A stretch of 64,000 bases of DNA from an uncultured beta proteobacterium (GTDB taxonomy: Bacteria > Pseudomonadota > Gammaproteobacteria > Burkholderiales > SG8-39). A model generated the notes under the pieces. It was given only the letters and a program-made list of their open reading frames with translations, ran no database searches and was not told the DNA's origin. Below, piece by piece: positions 8,778 through 17,038 of this stretch. A program made the position numbers and the translations under genes. The stretch covers positions 3,177 through 67,176 of the forward strand of contig CAIOLO010000107.1 of the NCBI GenBank assembly GCA_903859155.1. Direction: 5' to 3'. Each line of letters opens with the position of its first letter. Positions within the stretch are counted from its first letter, which is position 1.

Positions 8778-11128
8778 GCGAAATTCTTTCCCCGAAACCC
8801 ATGGGCGCGACAATTGCCGCGCACCCGGTCGGCCGGCGCCAGCCGCTGATCGACGGCATCGAAAAAGTGACCGGCCGTGCGCGCTATACCGCGGACCTTG
8901 CCGCGACGCAGGCGTTGACGGGTGTCATCCTGCCCAGCCCGCACGCGCACGCCGAGATCGTGAGCATCGACGTATCGCGCGCCCGGGCGCTGCCCGGTGT
9001 GCGCGCGGTCATCACCGGCGACGATTGTGACGTGCCCTTTGGCATCCTCCCCATTGCCCGCAACGAGTACCCGCTGGCGCGCGGCAAGGTGCTCTATTGG
9101 GGCGAGGCCGTTGCGGCGGTCGCAGCCGATGACGAGCAGACCGCGCTCGCCGCGCTCGCATTGATCGAGGTCGAATACCGGTTGCTGCCCGTCTATACGC
9201 ATGCGGCCGAGGCGCGCGCGCCCGACGCGGTGCTGCTGCATGCGAACAAGCCCGGCAACATGGAGCGCGAGGTCAGCAATTCCTTTGGCGACGTCGATGC
9301 CGGATTCGCCGCGGCGGACCTGGTGCGCGAGGAGAGCTTCCACTACGCGGAAGTGGCGCACGGGCAGATCGAGCCGGATTGCGCGGTGGCGGAATTCGAG
9401 CCCTCAAGCGGCAGGCTCACCGTGCAGTCGGTATCACAGGTGCCGTACTACGTGCACCTGACGATTTCCGAATGCCTGAAGATGGATCCGGCCGACGTGC
9501 GGGTGATCAAGCCATTCGTCGGCGGCGGCTTCGGTCACCGCACCGAGACGCTGCCCTTCGAGGTGACCGCGGCGCTGCTGGCGCGTGCGGCGCGCGGCGC
9601 GGTGAAACTGCAGCTCTCGCGCGCCGAGACCTTCACCATCCACCGGGCGCGACCCGAGACCGACATACGCCTGAAGATCGGCATGAAGAAGAGCGGCGAG
9701 ATCACCGCGGTCGAGGCGGAGGTGGTGCAGCGCGGCGGAGCGAGCGCCGGCTACGGCATCATCACCATCCTGTACGCGGGGGCGCTGCTGCACACGCTTT
9801 ATCGCATGCCGGCGGTCCGCTACCGCGGCTTTCGCGTTTATACCAACACGCCACCCTGCGGACCGATGCGCGGCCACGGCGGCGTGGACATGCGCCACGC
9901 CTTCGAGTCGCTGATGGACATGATGGCTGCGACGTTCGGCCTGGATGCGTTCGCGGTGCGCCGCGCCAATCTTTTTGTCGCGCCGTACCAGACGATGAAC
10001 GAGCTGAAGGTGAGCACCTGTGAACTGGCCGCCTGCCTGGACTGGGTGGAGGAGGCCTCCGGATGGCGCAGCCGCAAGGGCAAGCTGCCGCGCGGCCGCG
10101 GCCTGGGGGTGGCGTGCTCGCATTTCATTTCGGGCGCGGCCAAGCCGGTGCACTGGACCGGCGAGCCGCATGCCACCGTGAATCTGCGCCTTGACTTCGA
10201 TGGCTCGATCACGCTGCTCACCGGCGCGGCCGATATCGGGCAGGGTTCCTCCACGCTGCTCGCGCAGATTGCCGCCGAAGTGCTGGGCCTGGAGCTGTCG
10301 CGGTTTCGCGTCATCGCGGGCGACAGCGCGCTCACGCCCAAGGACAACGGCTCCTACTCCTCGCGCGTGTCGCTCATGGTCGGCAACGCGGCGCTTGCGG
10401 CTGCCGAGGAACTCAAGCGCCAGTTGGTTGCGGCGGCGGCCAAACGCCTGGAGGTGGGCGTCGAGGAGGTCGAATGTCTGGGCGAGGCCTATCTCGTCAC
10501 CGGCACTGACCGCATGGCCTCCTATCGCGACGTCGTCAAGAGCGCGCTGGAGGTCACCGGGCCGCTCACCGCGCGCGGCACCTACACCGTGCCGCTTGAA
10601 TTGCAGGGGGGCAAGTACCGTGGCGCCGGCGTGGGTCCGAGCCCGGCGTATTCGTATGCCGCATCGGTGGTCGAGGTGTCGGTCGACGAGGACACTGGCG
10701 AGATAAAGGTTGAAAAAATGTGGGTGGCGCAGGATTGCGGCGTCGCCATCAACCCGCTGTCTGTCGAAGGCCAGGTGCAGGGTTCGGTCTGGATGGGAAT
10801 GGGACAGGCGCTGTGCGAGGAAACCGAATTCATGGACGGCCGGCCGATGCGCGGCAATCTCCTGGATTATCGCGTGCCGACCATCGTCGAATCGCCCCCC
10901 ATTGAAGTGAAGATCATCAAAGCCTACGAGCCCAATGGGCCCATGGGCGCCAAGGAGGCGAGCGAAAGCTCGCTGGGGAGCATTCCTCCGGCGCTCGCGG
11001 CAGCGGTCGCCGAAGCGATCGGCGTGCGCCTGCCCGGATTGCCGCTCTCGCCCGATCGCGTGCTTGCGGCGATTCAGGCGCGTCGCCGCGATGAGCGGCT
11101 CAAGTCGGCATTAGGGGGGGCAAGCTGA
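8774..11128 (+). CDS. hcrA: molybdopterin-binding large subunit (4-hydroxybenzoyl-CoA reductase alpha-like)
   Basis: I trimmed the start to the ATG at 8774 (MSEILSPKP), which overlaps the hcrC stop. The 784-aa product shows aldehyde oxidase/xanthine dehydrogenase a/b-hammerhead and MoCo-domain patterns (VTGRARYTAD, GGGFG, ECGVAINP-like QDCGVAINP). Confidence 0.75.
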   Translation: MSEILSPKPMGATIAAHPVGRRQPLIDGIEKVTGRARYTADLAATQALTGVILPSPHAHAEIVSIDVSRARALPGVRAVITGDDCDVPFGILPIARNEYPLARGKVLYWGEAVAAVAADDEQTALAALALIEVEYRLLPVYTHAAEARAPDAVLLHANKPGNMEREVSNSFGDVDAGFAAADLVREESFHYAEVAHGQIEPDCAVAEFEPSSGRLTVQSVSQVPYYVHLTISECLKMDPADVRVIKPFVGGGFGHRTETLPFEVTAALLARAARGAVKLQLSRAETFTIHRARPETDIRLKIGMKKSGEITAVEAEVVQRGGASAGYGIITILYAGALLHTLYRMPAVRYRGFRVYTNTPPCGPMRGHGGVDMRHAFESLMDMMAATFGLDAFAVRRANLFVAPYQTMNELKVSTCELAACLDWVEEASGWRSRKGKLPRGRGLGVACSHFISGAAKPVHWTGEPHATVNLRLDFDGSITLLTGAADIGQGSSTLLAQIAAEVLGLELSRFRVIAGDSALTPKDNGSYSSRVSLMVGNAALAAAEELKRQLVAAAAKRLEVGVEEVECLGEAYLVTGTDRMASYRDVVKSALEVTGPLTARGTYTVPLELQGGKYRGAGVGPSPAYSYAASVVEVSVDEDTGEIKVEKMWVAQDCGVAINPLSVEGQVQGSVWMGMGQALCEETEFMDGRPMRGNLLDYRVPTIVESPPIEVKIIKAYEPNGPMGAKEASESSLGSIPPALAAAVAEAIGVRLPGLPLSPDRVLAAIQARRRDERLKSALGGAS

Positions 11129-12108
11129 TGGCACGGCTTCAGGAATTCGTATTGCGCCGTCCCGAGAGCATCGAGGAGGCCGTGGGTCAGCTGGCCGCTG
11201 AACCGGAGGCCCGCGTGATCTCAGGCGGTACCGCGCTGATTGCCAACCTGCGCCTCGGACTCGGGAGTCCGGCGGCGCTGATATCGCTGGAGCGCGTTTC
11301 CGGCATGGACCGGATCGAGGTTTCGGCCAAGGAGATGCGCTTTGGCGCCGGTGTCACCGTCGCGCGCCTGGCCACGGATGACGCCGTGCGCGCGAAACTG
11401 CCGGCGCTTGCCGCAGCCGCGCTGACCGTGGCCGGACCCTCGCACCGCAGCGTTGCCACCATCGGCGGGAATCTGTGTCTCGATACGCGTTGCGTCTACT
11501 ACAATCAGAACGAAACCTGGCGCAGTTCCAATGGCTATTGCCTGAAGTACCGCGGCGATATCTGTCATGTGGCGCCCCAGGGCAAGCGCTGCCACGCGGC
11601 ATACAGCGGCGACCTTGCGCCGGTGCTGCTGGTATTGCAGGCCGGCATCGCCGTCGCGGGAGCGGCGGGCGTGCGGCGCATGCCCCTGGCCGGTTTGTAC
11701 CAGGAAGACGGCGCGCATCATCTGACCCTCGCGCAAGGCGAGTTCGTCTCGGAAGTCAGCGTGCCGCTGCCCGCCGCGGGCATGCGCGTGGCCTATCGCA
11801 AGGCGCGCGTGCGCGGTGCCATTGATTTTCCGCTTGCCGGGGTTGCCATGGCGCTTCGCATGAGCGAAGGACGCGTCGCCGAGTTGCATGTGGCGCTGAC
11901 CGGTACCAATTCACAGCCCATGCTGCTCACCGGGACCGAGGAGTGCCGCGGCGCAAGCGTCGACGAGGCTCTCGCCGACAAAGTGGGAAAACTGGTGCAG
12001 CGACAGGCAAGCCCGCAACGCACCACCGTGACCACCTCCAATTACCGGCGCCAGGTCGCCACCGCCTATGCCCGCAGGCTGATATTGGAGCTTGCGGCGG
12101 CCAACTGA
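11128..12108 (+). CDS. hcrB: FAD-binding medium subunit with Cys-rich insertion (4-hydroxybenzoyl-CoA reductase beta-like)
   Basis: 326 aa with a CoxM/XdhB-type FAD domain (ISGGTALI, ATIGGNL). It carries an inserted loop CLDTRCVYYNQNETWRSSNGYCLKYRGDICHVAPQGKRCH. An extra [4Fe-4S]-binding loop in this subunit is the known hallmark of 4-hydroxybenzoyl-CoA reductase. The gene order C-A-B matches hcrCAB. Confidence 0.7.
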   Translation: MARLQEFVLRRPESIEEAVGQLAAEPEARVISGGTALIANLRLGLGSPAALISLERVSGMDRIEVSAKEMRFGAGVTVARLATDDAVRAKLPALAAAALTVAGPSHRSVATIGGNLCLDTRCVYYNQNETWRSSNGYCLKYRGDICHVAPQGKRCHAAYSGDLAPVLLVLQAGIAVAGAAGVRRMPLAGLYQEDGAHHLTLAQGEFVSEVSVPLPAAGMRVAYRKARVRGAIDFPLAGVAMALRMSEGRVAELHVALTGTNSQPMLLTGTEECRGASVDEALADKVGKLVQRQASPQRTTVTTSNYRRQVATAYARRLILELAAAN

Positions 12109-12185
12109 TTGCACCCGCCACCTATCAGCAATCGAGCAAGTCATCGTGGCGTGACGCCGCCAGGCAGTAACAAGGAGGAAAGCCT

Positions 12186-15100
12186 GTGAAGCTTTTTGAG
12201 CAATTCAATATCCGTGGCATGGTGATTCCCAACCGGGTCATGGTGCCCGCCATGGTGACGCACCTTTGCAAGGAAGACGGCTACGTCACCGACGCCATTA
12301 TCGAGCGCTACGAGCGCTATGCGTTCGGTGGCGCGGGTCTCATCGTGGTGGAGGCCATGGCGGTGCACCAGGTGAAATCCGGACCTCTGCTGCGCATTTC
12401 CGATGACCGTTACATCCCGGGCCTGCGGCGGCTGACCAGTCGCGTACACCAGGCATCCGACTCGAAAATCGTGCCCCAGATCATCCATTTCCTCAAGGTG
12501 GCGCGCTCGGGCTGGCGGCAAACCGTGGACATGCTGACCGAGGAGGAGATCGACCTCATCGTCGAGCAGTTCGGTGACGCCGTGGCGCGCGCGCGCGAGG
12601 CGGGGTTCGACGGCGCCGAGCTGCATTCCGCGCACGCCTACACCCTGTCGTCTTTCCTGTCGCGCAGCAACGCGCGCACCGATCAGTACAGCGGGCAAAC
12701 GCTCGAAGGCAGGCTGCGACTCATCGAGCGCGTCATCGAGAACGTGCGCAGCAAGGCGGGCGAAGACTTTCCGGTTGGCATACGCTTCAACGGCGAGGAG
12801 TTCATCAAGGACGGCTATACCGTACGCGAATCCAAGTTGATCGCGCTCAGGCTGGCGCAGCTGGGCTTCGATTATCTGTCGATGTCCGCGGGCGGGAAGT
12901 TCGAGGACGCGGTACACGCCGAGGGGCAGGTGCTCTATCCCTATACCGGCTATTCGGGTGACCGCTGCATGCCAGGCGAGGGCTATCCGCAGGGGTTGCA
13001 TGTGCCGATTGCGCACGAGGTCAAGGCTTTTCTGCTGGAGCATCGCCTGACCACGCCGGTGGCCATCGCCGGCAAGATTTCGGAGCCGGCGCTGGCCGAG
13101 AGTGTGATTGCCGGCGGCAGCGCCGACATCGTTGGAATTGCGCGCGGCCTGCTTGCCGATCCGGATTGGCCCAGAAAGGTCAAGAAGGGTGAATTCGACC
13201 GCGTGGTTCAATGCGATTACTGCAATGTCTGCAAGGCGCTGGATGGCACCCACCAGACCGTGGTTTGCCACCTCTGGCCCCAGGGAACGATCCAGGCGCC
13301 GCCGGACGCCGGTGGTGAGCCCGCACCACGATGGCCGCAGGGCGGGGCGGATGCCGGCAGTGAGCCCCTGCTCACTGCGGACTTCAAGGACGGTCGGGTG
13401 TTGCTGCGCTGGAAAAAGGCGCCAGGCGCGGTGTACTACAACGTATTCCGTTCCGATGCGGCGTCCCCGCCGCAGTTGGCTGACGCGGTGAAGGTCACCC
13501 GCTGGACCGATCAAACGGTGCTGGCCGGGGCGCAATATCGCTATTTCGTTCGCGCCTGCACCGCCTTTGGCCTGGCGAGCGGTCCCAGCAACGAGATCGT
13601 GCTGGACATTCCGCGCCACGAGCGCGTGGTCCCCTCGAACCGTCCCGATCTCCTGCCGGGGTTCGTTCCCTGGCCGGAGGAATTCGCGCGCCGCTATCGC
13701 GAGGCCGGGTTGTGGGAAGGCATCACGCTTTTCGGCATGCTGGAGCGCGCGATGCGCCGCGATCCGGGCAAGATAGTGATTGTCGATGGCGAGCGTCAGG
13801 TCACTTACGCGGCGCTCATCGCTTACGTCGAGCGGCTGGCGGCGGCATTCCTCGCCGCGGGCCTGCAGCCGCGCGAACGGGTGGTGTTCCAGTTGCCCAA
13901 CGGGCTGGAGATGATCGCGGCATTTTTCGCGCTGACGCGCATCGGCGTCATCCCCGTGCTGGCCTTGCAGGCACACCGGCGCAACGAGATTGCGCACTTC
14001 CTGAAAAATGCGGGAGCGGTGGCGTATCTCATTCCGGAGGCGGTGCGTGACTTCGATTACCGGCAACTCGCCGTGGAAGTCGCCGAAGATTATCCCGCGC
14101 TGCGCTCGGTGATCGTGTTCGGCGAGGCGGGCCCGGGGCAGCTCGCCGTGAGCGAGTTGCTGGCGCGCGCCGAGTCGGCCCCCGCGGTACTGCCGGCGGG
14201 ACCGCGCGCCTCCGAAGTCGCCTTCATGCTGCTCTCAGGCGGCACCACCGGGCTGCCCAAGCTGATCGCGCGCACGCATGATGACTATGTCTGCAATTTC
14301 CGCGAAACCGGGCGAGTGGCCGGCTATGGCAGCGACACCATATATCTGGCCATCGCGCCGATGGCGCACAACTACACGCTGGGGTGTCCGGGCGTCTGCG
14401 GAGTTTTCCTGGTCGGGGGCACCGTCATCATCGCCGGCGCCAGCGACGCGGATACGGTGTGCTCGCTGGTGCAGGAGTGGCGCGTGACCCACGTGGGTGG
14501 CGCGGTGCCGCTGGTGTCGCGCTGGCTCGCCTCGGACGCGGACAAACGCTACGACCTGCACTCGCTGCGCGTGTTTTTCAGCGGCGGGGCCAAGCTCCCG
14601 CCCGAGATGCGCCGTCGTGTGGAGGAGCGCTTTGGCTGCACCTACCTGGAAAATTTCGGCTGCGGCGAAGGCCTTATCAACATCGTACCCAGGGGATCCT
14701 CCGAGTATGTGCGCATGCACAGTTCGGGCCGTCCGGTATGCGATGCCGATGAAATCAAGGTCATCGACGACGACGAGAACGAGGTGCCGCTCGGCCAATT
14801 GGGCGAGCTGGCGTGCCGGGGGCCTTACACGATCCGCGGTTACTACGATTCGCCGGCGGTGAATGCAAGCGGCTTTACCGCCGATGGTTTCTACAAGATG
14901 GGCGACGTGGTGCGTCTGGTGGATGGCGACATCTATCTCGAGGGACGCAAGAAAGACCTGATCAACCGCGGCGGAGAAAAGATCAGCTCCGAGGAAGTGG
15001 AGAATTTCATCGTCGCGCACCCCGCGGTGCATTCCGCGTGCGTGGTGTCGATGCCGGACGCGGTGTTCGGCGAGAAGGCCTGTGCTTTCGTGATGCTGCG

Positions 15101-15290
15101 CGAGGGCGCCACGCTCGACTTCAAGGAGTTGAGCTCGTTCCTGACCGAGCGCGGCATCGCCAAGTTCAAGCTGCCCGAGCGCCTGGAACTGGTCAGTGAA
15201 TTTCCCATGAGCCCGGCGGGAAAAGTATTGCGGCGCGATCTGCGCGTGATGATTGCCGAGAAGTTGGCGGCCGAAGGCGGCAGGCGATGA
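12186..15290 (+). CDS. tri-domain fusion: OYE-type FMN/[4Fe-4S] oxidoreductase, Fn3-like domain, EntE/DhbE-type aryl-acid adenylating (CoA) ligase
   Basis: An uninterrupted 1034-codon frame starts at GTG, preceded by AAGGAGG. The N-terminal part has an OYE pattern (FNIRGMVIPNRVMVPAM, HSAHAYTLSSFLS) followed by CDYCNVCKALDGTHQTVVC. The middle shows LLRWKKAPGAVYYNVFRS..YRYFVRA, which looks Fn3-like. The C-terminal part has WPEEFARRYREAGLW, SGGTTGLPK and GEKISSEEVE. Confidence 0.85.
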   Translation: MKLFEQFNIRGMVIPNRVMVPAMVTHLCKEDGYVTDAIIERYERYAFGGAGLIVVEAMAVHQVKSGPLLRISDDRYIPGLRRLTSRVHQASDSKIVPQIIHFLKVARSGWRQTVDMLTEEEIDLIVEQFGDAVARAREAGFDGAELHSAHAYTLSSFLSRSNARTDQYSGQTLEGRLRLIERVIENVRSKAGEDFPVGIRFNGEEFIKDGYTVRESKLIALRLAQLGFDYLSMSAGGKFEDAVHAEGQVLYPYTGYSGDRCMPGEGYPQGLHVPIAHEVKAFLLEHRLTTPVAIAGKISEPALAESVIAGGSADIVGIARGLLADPDWPRKVKKGEFDRVVQCDYCNVCKALDGTHQTVVCHLWPQGTIQAPPDAGGEPAPRWPQGGADAGSEPLLTADFKDGRVLLRWKKAPGAVYYNVFRSDAASPPQLADAVKVTRWTDQTVLAGAQYRYFVRACTAFGLASGPSNEIVLDIPRHERVVPSNRPDLLPGFVPWPEEFARRYREAGLWEGITLFGMLERAMRRDPGKIVIVDGERQVTYAALIAYVERLAAAFLAAGLQPRERVVFQLPNGLEMIAAFFALTRIGVIPVLALQAHRRNEIAHFLKNAGAVAYLIPEAVRDFDYRQLAVEVAEDYPALRSVIVFGEAGPGQLAVSELLARAESAPAVLPAGPRASEVAFMLLSGGTTGLPKLIARTHDDYVCNFRETGRVAGYGSDTIYLAIAPMAHNYTLGCPGVCGVFLVGGTVIIAGASDADTVCSLVQEWRVTHVGGAVPLVSRWLASDADKRYDLHSLRVFFSGGAKLPPEMRRRVEERFGCTYLENFGCGEGLINIVPRGSSEYVRMHSSGRPVCDADEIKVIDDDENEVPLGQLGELACRGPYTIRGYYDSPAVNASGFTADGFYKMGDVVRLVDGDIYLEGRKKDLINRGGEKISSEEVENFIVAHPAVHSACVVSMPDAVFGEKACAFVMLREGATLDFKELSSFLTERGIAKFKLPERLELVSEFPMSPAGKVLRRDLRVMIAEKLAAEGGRR

Positions 15291-15578
15291 CTGGCGCATG
15301 GCGCCAGGCTGCTGCTGGATGACACCGACGTCCCATAAAGCGCGCGCCGCATGTTGGAAGCAGCGCGGCGAGGCTTTTGCCGCGCGTTATTATCCCAATA
15401 TTAAATTGAAATCGACATACGATATATGTCAAGTATCGGTATAAAACAATAATTGTTTATAATTATGGAAACCATCGCCTGACTCGGGCGACGCCTGTCG
15501 GCGGTAAAAAGAGTTGCCTGGTAGCGTTGAAGTAGTCCAATAAGGGCCGCCCAAAAAGCTGCGCCTGTTGCAGAATTT

Positions 15579-16004
15579 CTAGCGCTGCATCTTTTCCGCC
15601 ACCGGGCTGCCCGCGTTGCGATGCTTCTCGACCAGCTTGAGCATCGTCTCGATGGTGATCGACCCGAAAGTCGCTTTGGTGATTTCGTCGATTTCCGATA
15701 GCACTTGCGCAAGCGCGGTTTCCACCTCGTTGCGCTCCCCGTTGCCGTTTCCCGATTCGACGGTTTGCTCGAACAGTTCGATCACGTCGAGCAGCGTCAG
15801 GCGCTTGGGGTTGCCGGCGAAGCGGTAGCCCCCGCCGACGCCGCGCACCGAATCGAGCAATCCGGCGCGGGCCAGGTCTGCCAGGACTTTCGACAGGTGG
15901 TGAAGCGATACGCCGTACTTGGCGGCGATTTCGGCTGCAGTCACCGGACGCCCCGGATTCGCCGCGAATTCCAGCGTGCTGTACAGCGCAAGGCTGGTGG
16001 CCAT
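15579..16004 (-). CDS. Rrf2 family transcriptional regulator (no Cys cluster motif)
   Basis: I trimmed the start to the ATG (MATSLALYSTLEFAA) inside ORF 15579..16151. The winged HTH is AAEIAAKYGVSLHHLSKVLADLARAGLLDSVRGVGGGYRFA. Confidence 0.8.
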   Translation of the reverse strand: MATSLALYSTLEFAANPGRPVTAAEIAAKYGVSLHHLSKVLADLARAGLLDSVRGVGGGYRFAGNPKRLTLLDVIELFEQTVESGNGNGERNEVETALAQVLSEIDEITKATFGSITIETMLKLVEKHRNAGSPVAEKMQR

Positions 16005-16012
16005 CTGCAGCT

Positions 16013-16480
16013 TCAATCGAGGCTCATTTCCAGCGTTATGACCGGCGCTGCCATCATGCCCTGGCTGCGCACGAACGACAGCATCAGGTTGTTGTCGCGC
16101 GAGACCTGGGTGCGTACTGTATCGACACCGGCGTGCCGGAACCCGGCGCATATTGAATCGAACAGTTTCGTGCCCAGCCCGGCCAGTCGGGCGCCCGGGC
16201 GCACGTCGATGGCGAATACCCAGCCGCAGGACGGTGAGCCAAACTCCCAGTCCCTCACCTCGCCGATGATGAAGCCCTGGATCGTGCCCTCCGATTCGGC
16301 GACCAGAAACAAGCGCTGGCGCGAGTGCCCGGTGCCGAAGCGATGGAACAGTTCGTACCAGTAATCGGTTTTTTGAATACCGGTGCTTTCCGCATCGATG
16401 GCAATCACCTGACCCAGGTCGGCCGCTTCGACCGGGCGGATCACTATGGCGGTGGTGTCCTTTAAGTCCGCAGACGTCAT
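16013..16480 (-). CDS. GNAT family N-acetyltransferase
   Basis: 155 aa. IRPVEAADL...LFLVAESEGTIQGFIIG...RLAGLGTKLF fits the GNAT acetyl-CoA-binding motif A (R/Q-x-x-G-x-G/A). Confidence 0.75.
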   Translation of the reverse strand: MTSADLKDTTAIVIRPVEAADLGQVIAIDAESTGIQKTDYWYELFHRFGTGHSRQRLFLVAESEGTIQGFIIGEVRDWEFGSPSCGWVFAIDVRPGARLAGLGTKLFDSICAGFRHAGVDTVRTQVSRDNNLMLSFVRSQGMMAAPVITLEMSLD

Positions 16481-16499
16481 GGGGCGGCCACCGGTCCGT

Positions 16500-16727
16500 T
16501 CACTGTTGCGCAGGCGAGTTCTGCAGTCGCCGCGCGTTGCCCGCGCAGATCGCCGCGCATTCGGCGGCGTTGTCCGCGTAGAACTGATGCAAGTAGTCGA
16601 CAGGGCGCATTTTCATGTTTTTCTCCAGCAGGTCGTTCGCCGGCGCCTGTTCGAGGCGCGAGAGCAGCGCGATCACAGTCTCATGCTCCTCGTGAAGCTT
16701 GCGGCTGATCTGCCTGCGAAATTGCAC
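16500..16727 (-). CDS. small hypothetical protein downstream of fdx (start uncertain)
   Basis: The C-terminal part of ORF 16500..16850 does not overlap fdx. A possible GTG start gives VQFRRQISRKLHEEHETVIALLSRLEQ... I recognised no family, so coding status is unproven. Confidence 0.3.
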   Translation of the reverse strand: MQFRRQISRKLHEEHETVIALLSRLEQAPANDLLEKNMKMRPVDYLHQFYADNAAECAAICAGNARRLQNSPAQQ

Positions 16728-16750
16728 GGCCTGCCCACCTGGAGACAGGC

Positions 16751-16993
16751 TCAGGTGTGCAGCTGGGCGTATTTGGCCAGCAGTTCCTCGTTGGATTCCT
16801 TGAAGTCCGGATTCTCGGGGATGCAGTCGGCCGGGCAAACGAGCTTGCATTGCGGCTCGTCTTCAGCGCCCACGCATTCGGTGCATTTAAGCGCGTCGAT
16901 CACGTACGGCGTGCCCTTGGTGATTGCTTCGTTGGGGCAAACGGGCGCGCAGGCGTCGCATTCGGTGCAATCCTGGGTAATCATCAGTGCCAT
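16751..16993 (-). CDS. fdx: 2x[4Fe-4S] ferredoxin (benzoyl-CoA reductase electron donor type)
   Basis: 80 aa. Has [12 protein letters not shown] and [15 protein letters not shown] cluster motifs. It sits directly downstream of bcrD, as in Thauera-type clusters. Confidence 0.9.
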   Translation of the reverse strand: MALMITQDCTECDACAPVCPNEAITKGTPYVIDALKCTECVGAEDEPQCKLVCPADCIPENPDFKESNEELLAKYAQLHT

Positions 16994-17038
16994 GTTTTTT
17001 CTCCTTGTGGTGAATGAAATTGCATTGAAAATGCGGCC

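Noticed and set aside
12141-14066. A 641-aa antisense ORF opposite the OYE-Fn3-ligase fusion.
   Set aside because: This is the same shadow-ORF pattern. The plus-strand frame has unambiguous OYE and EntE motifs and an RBS, while the antisense product has none.
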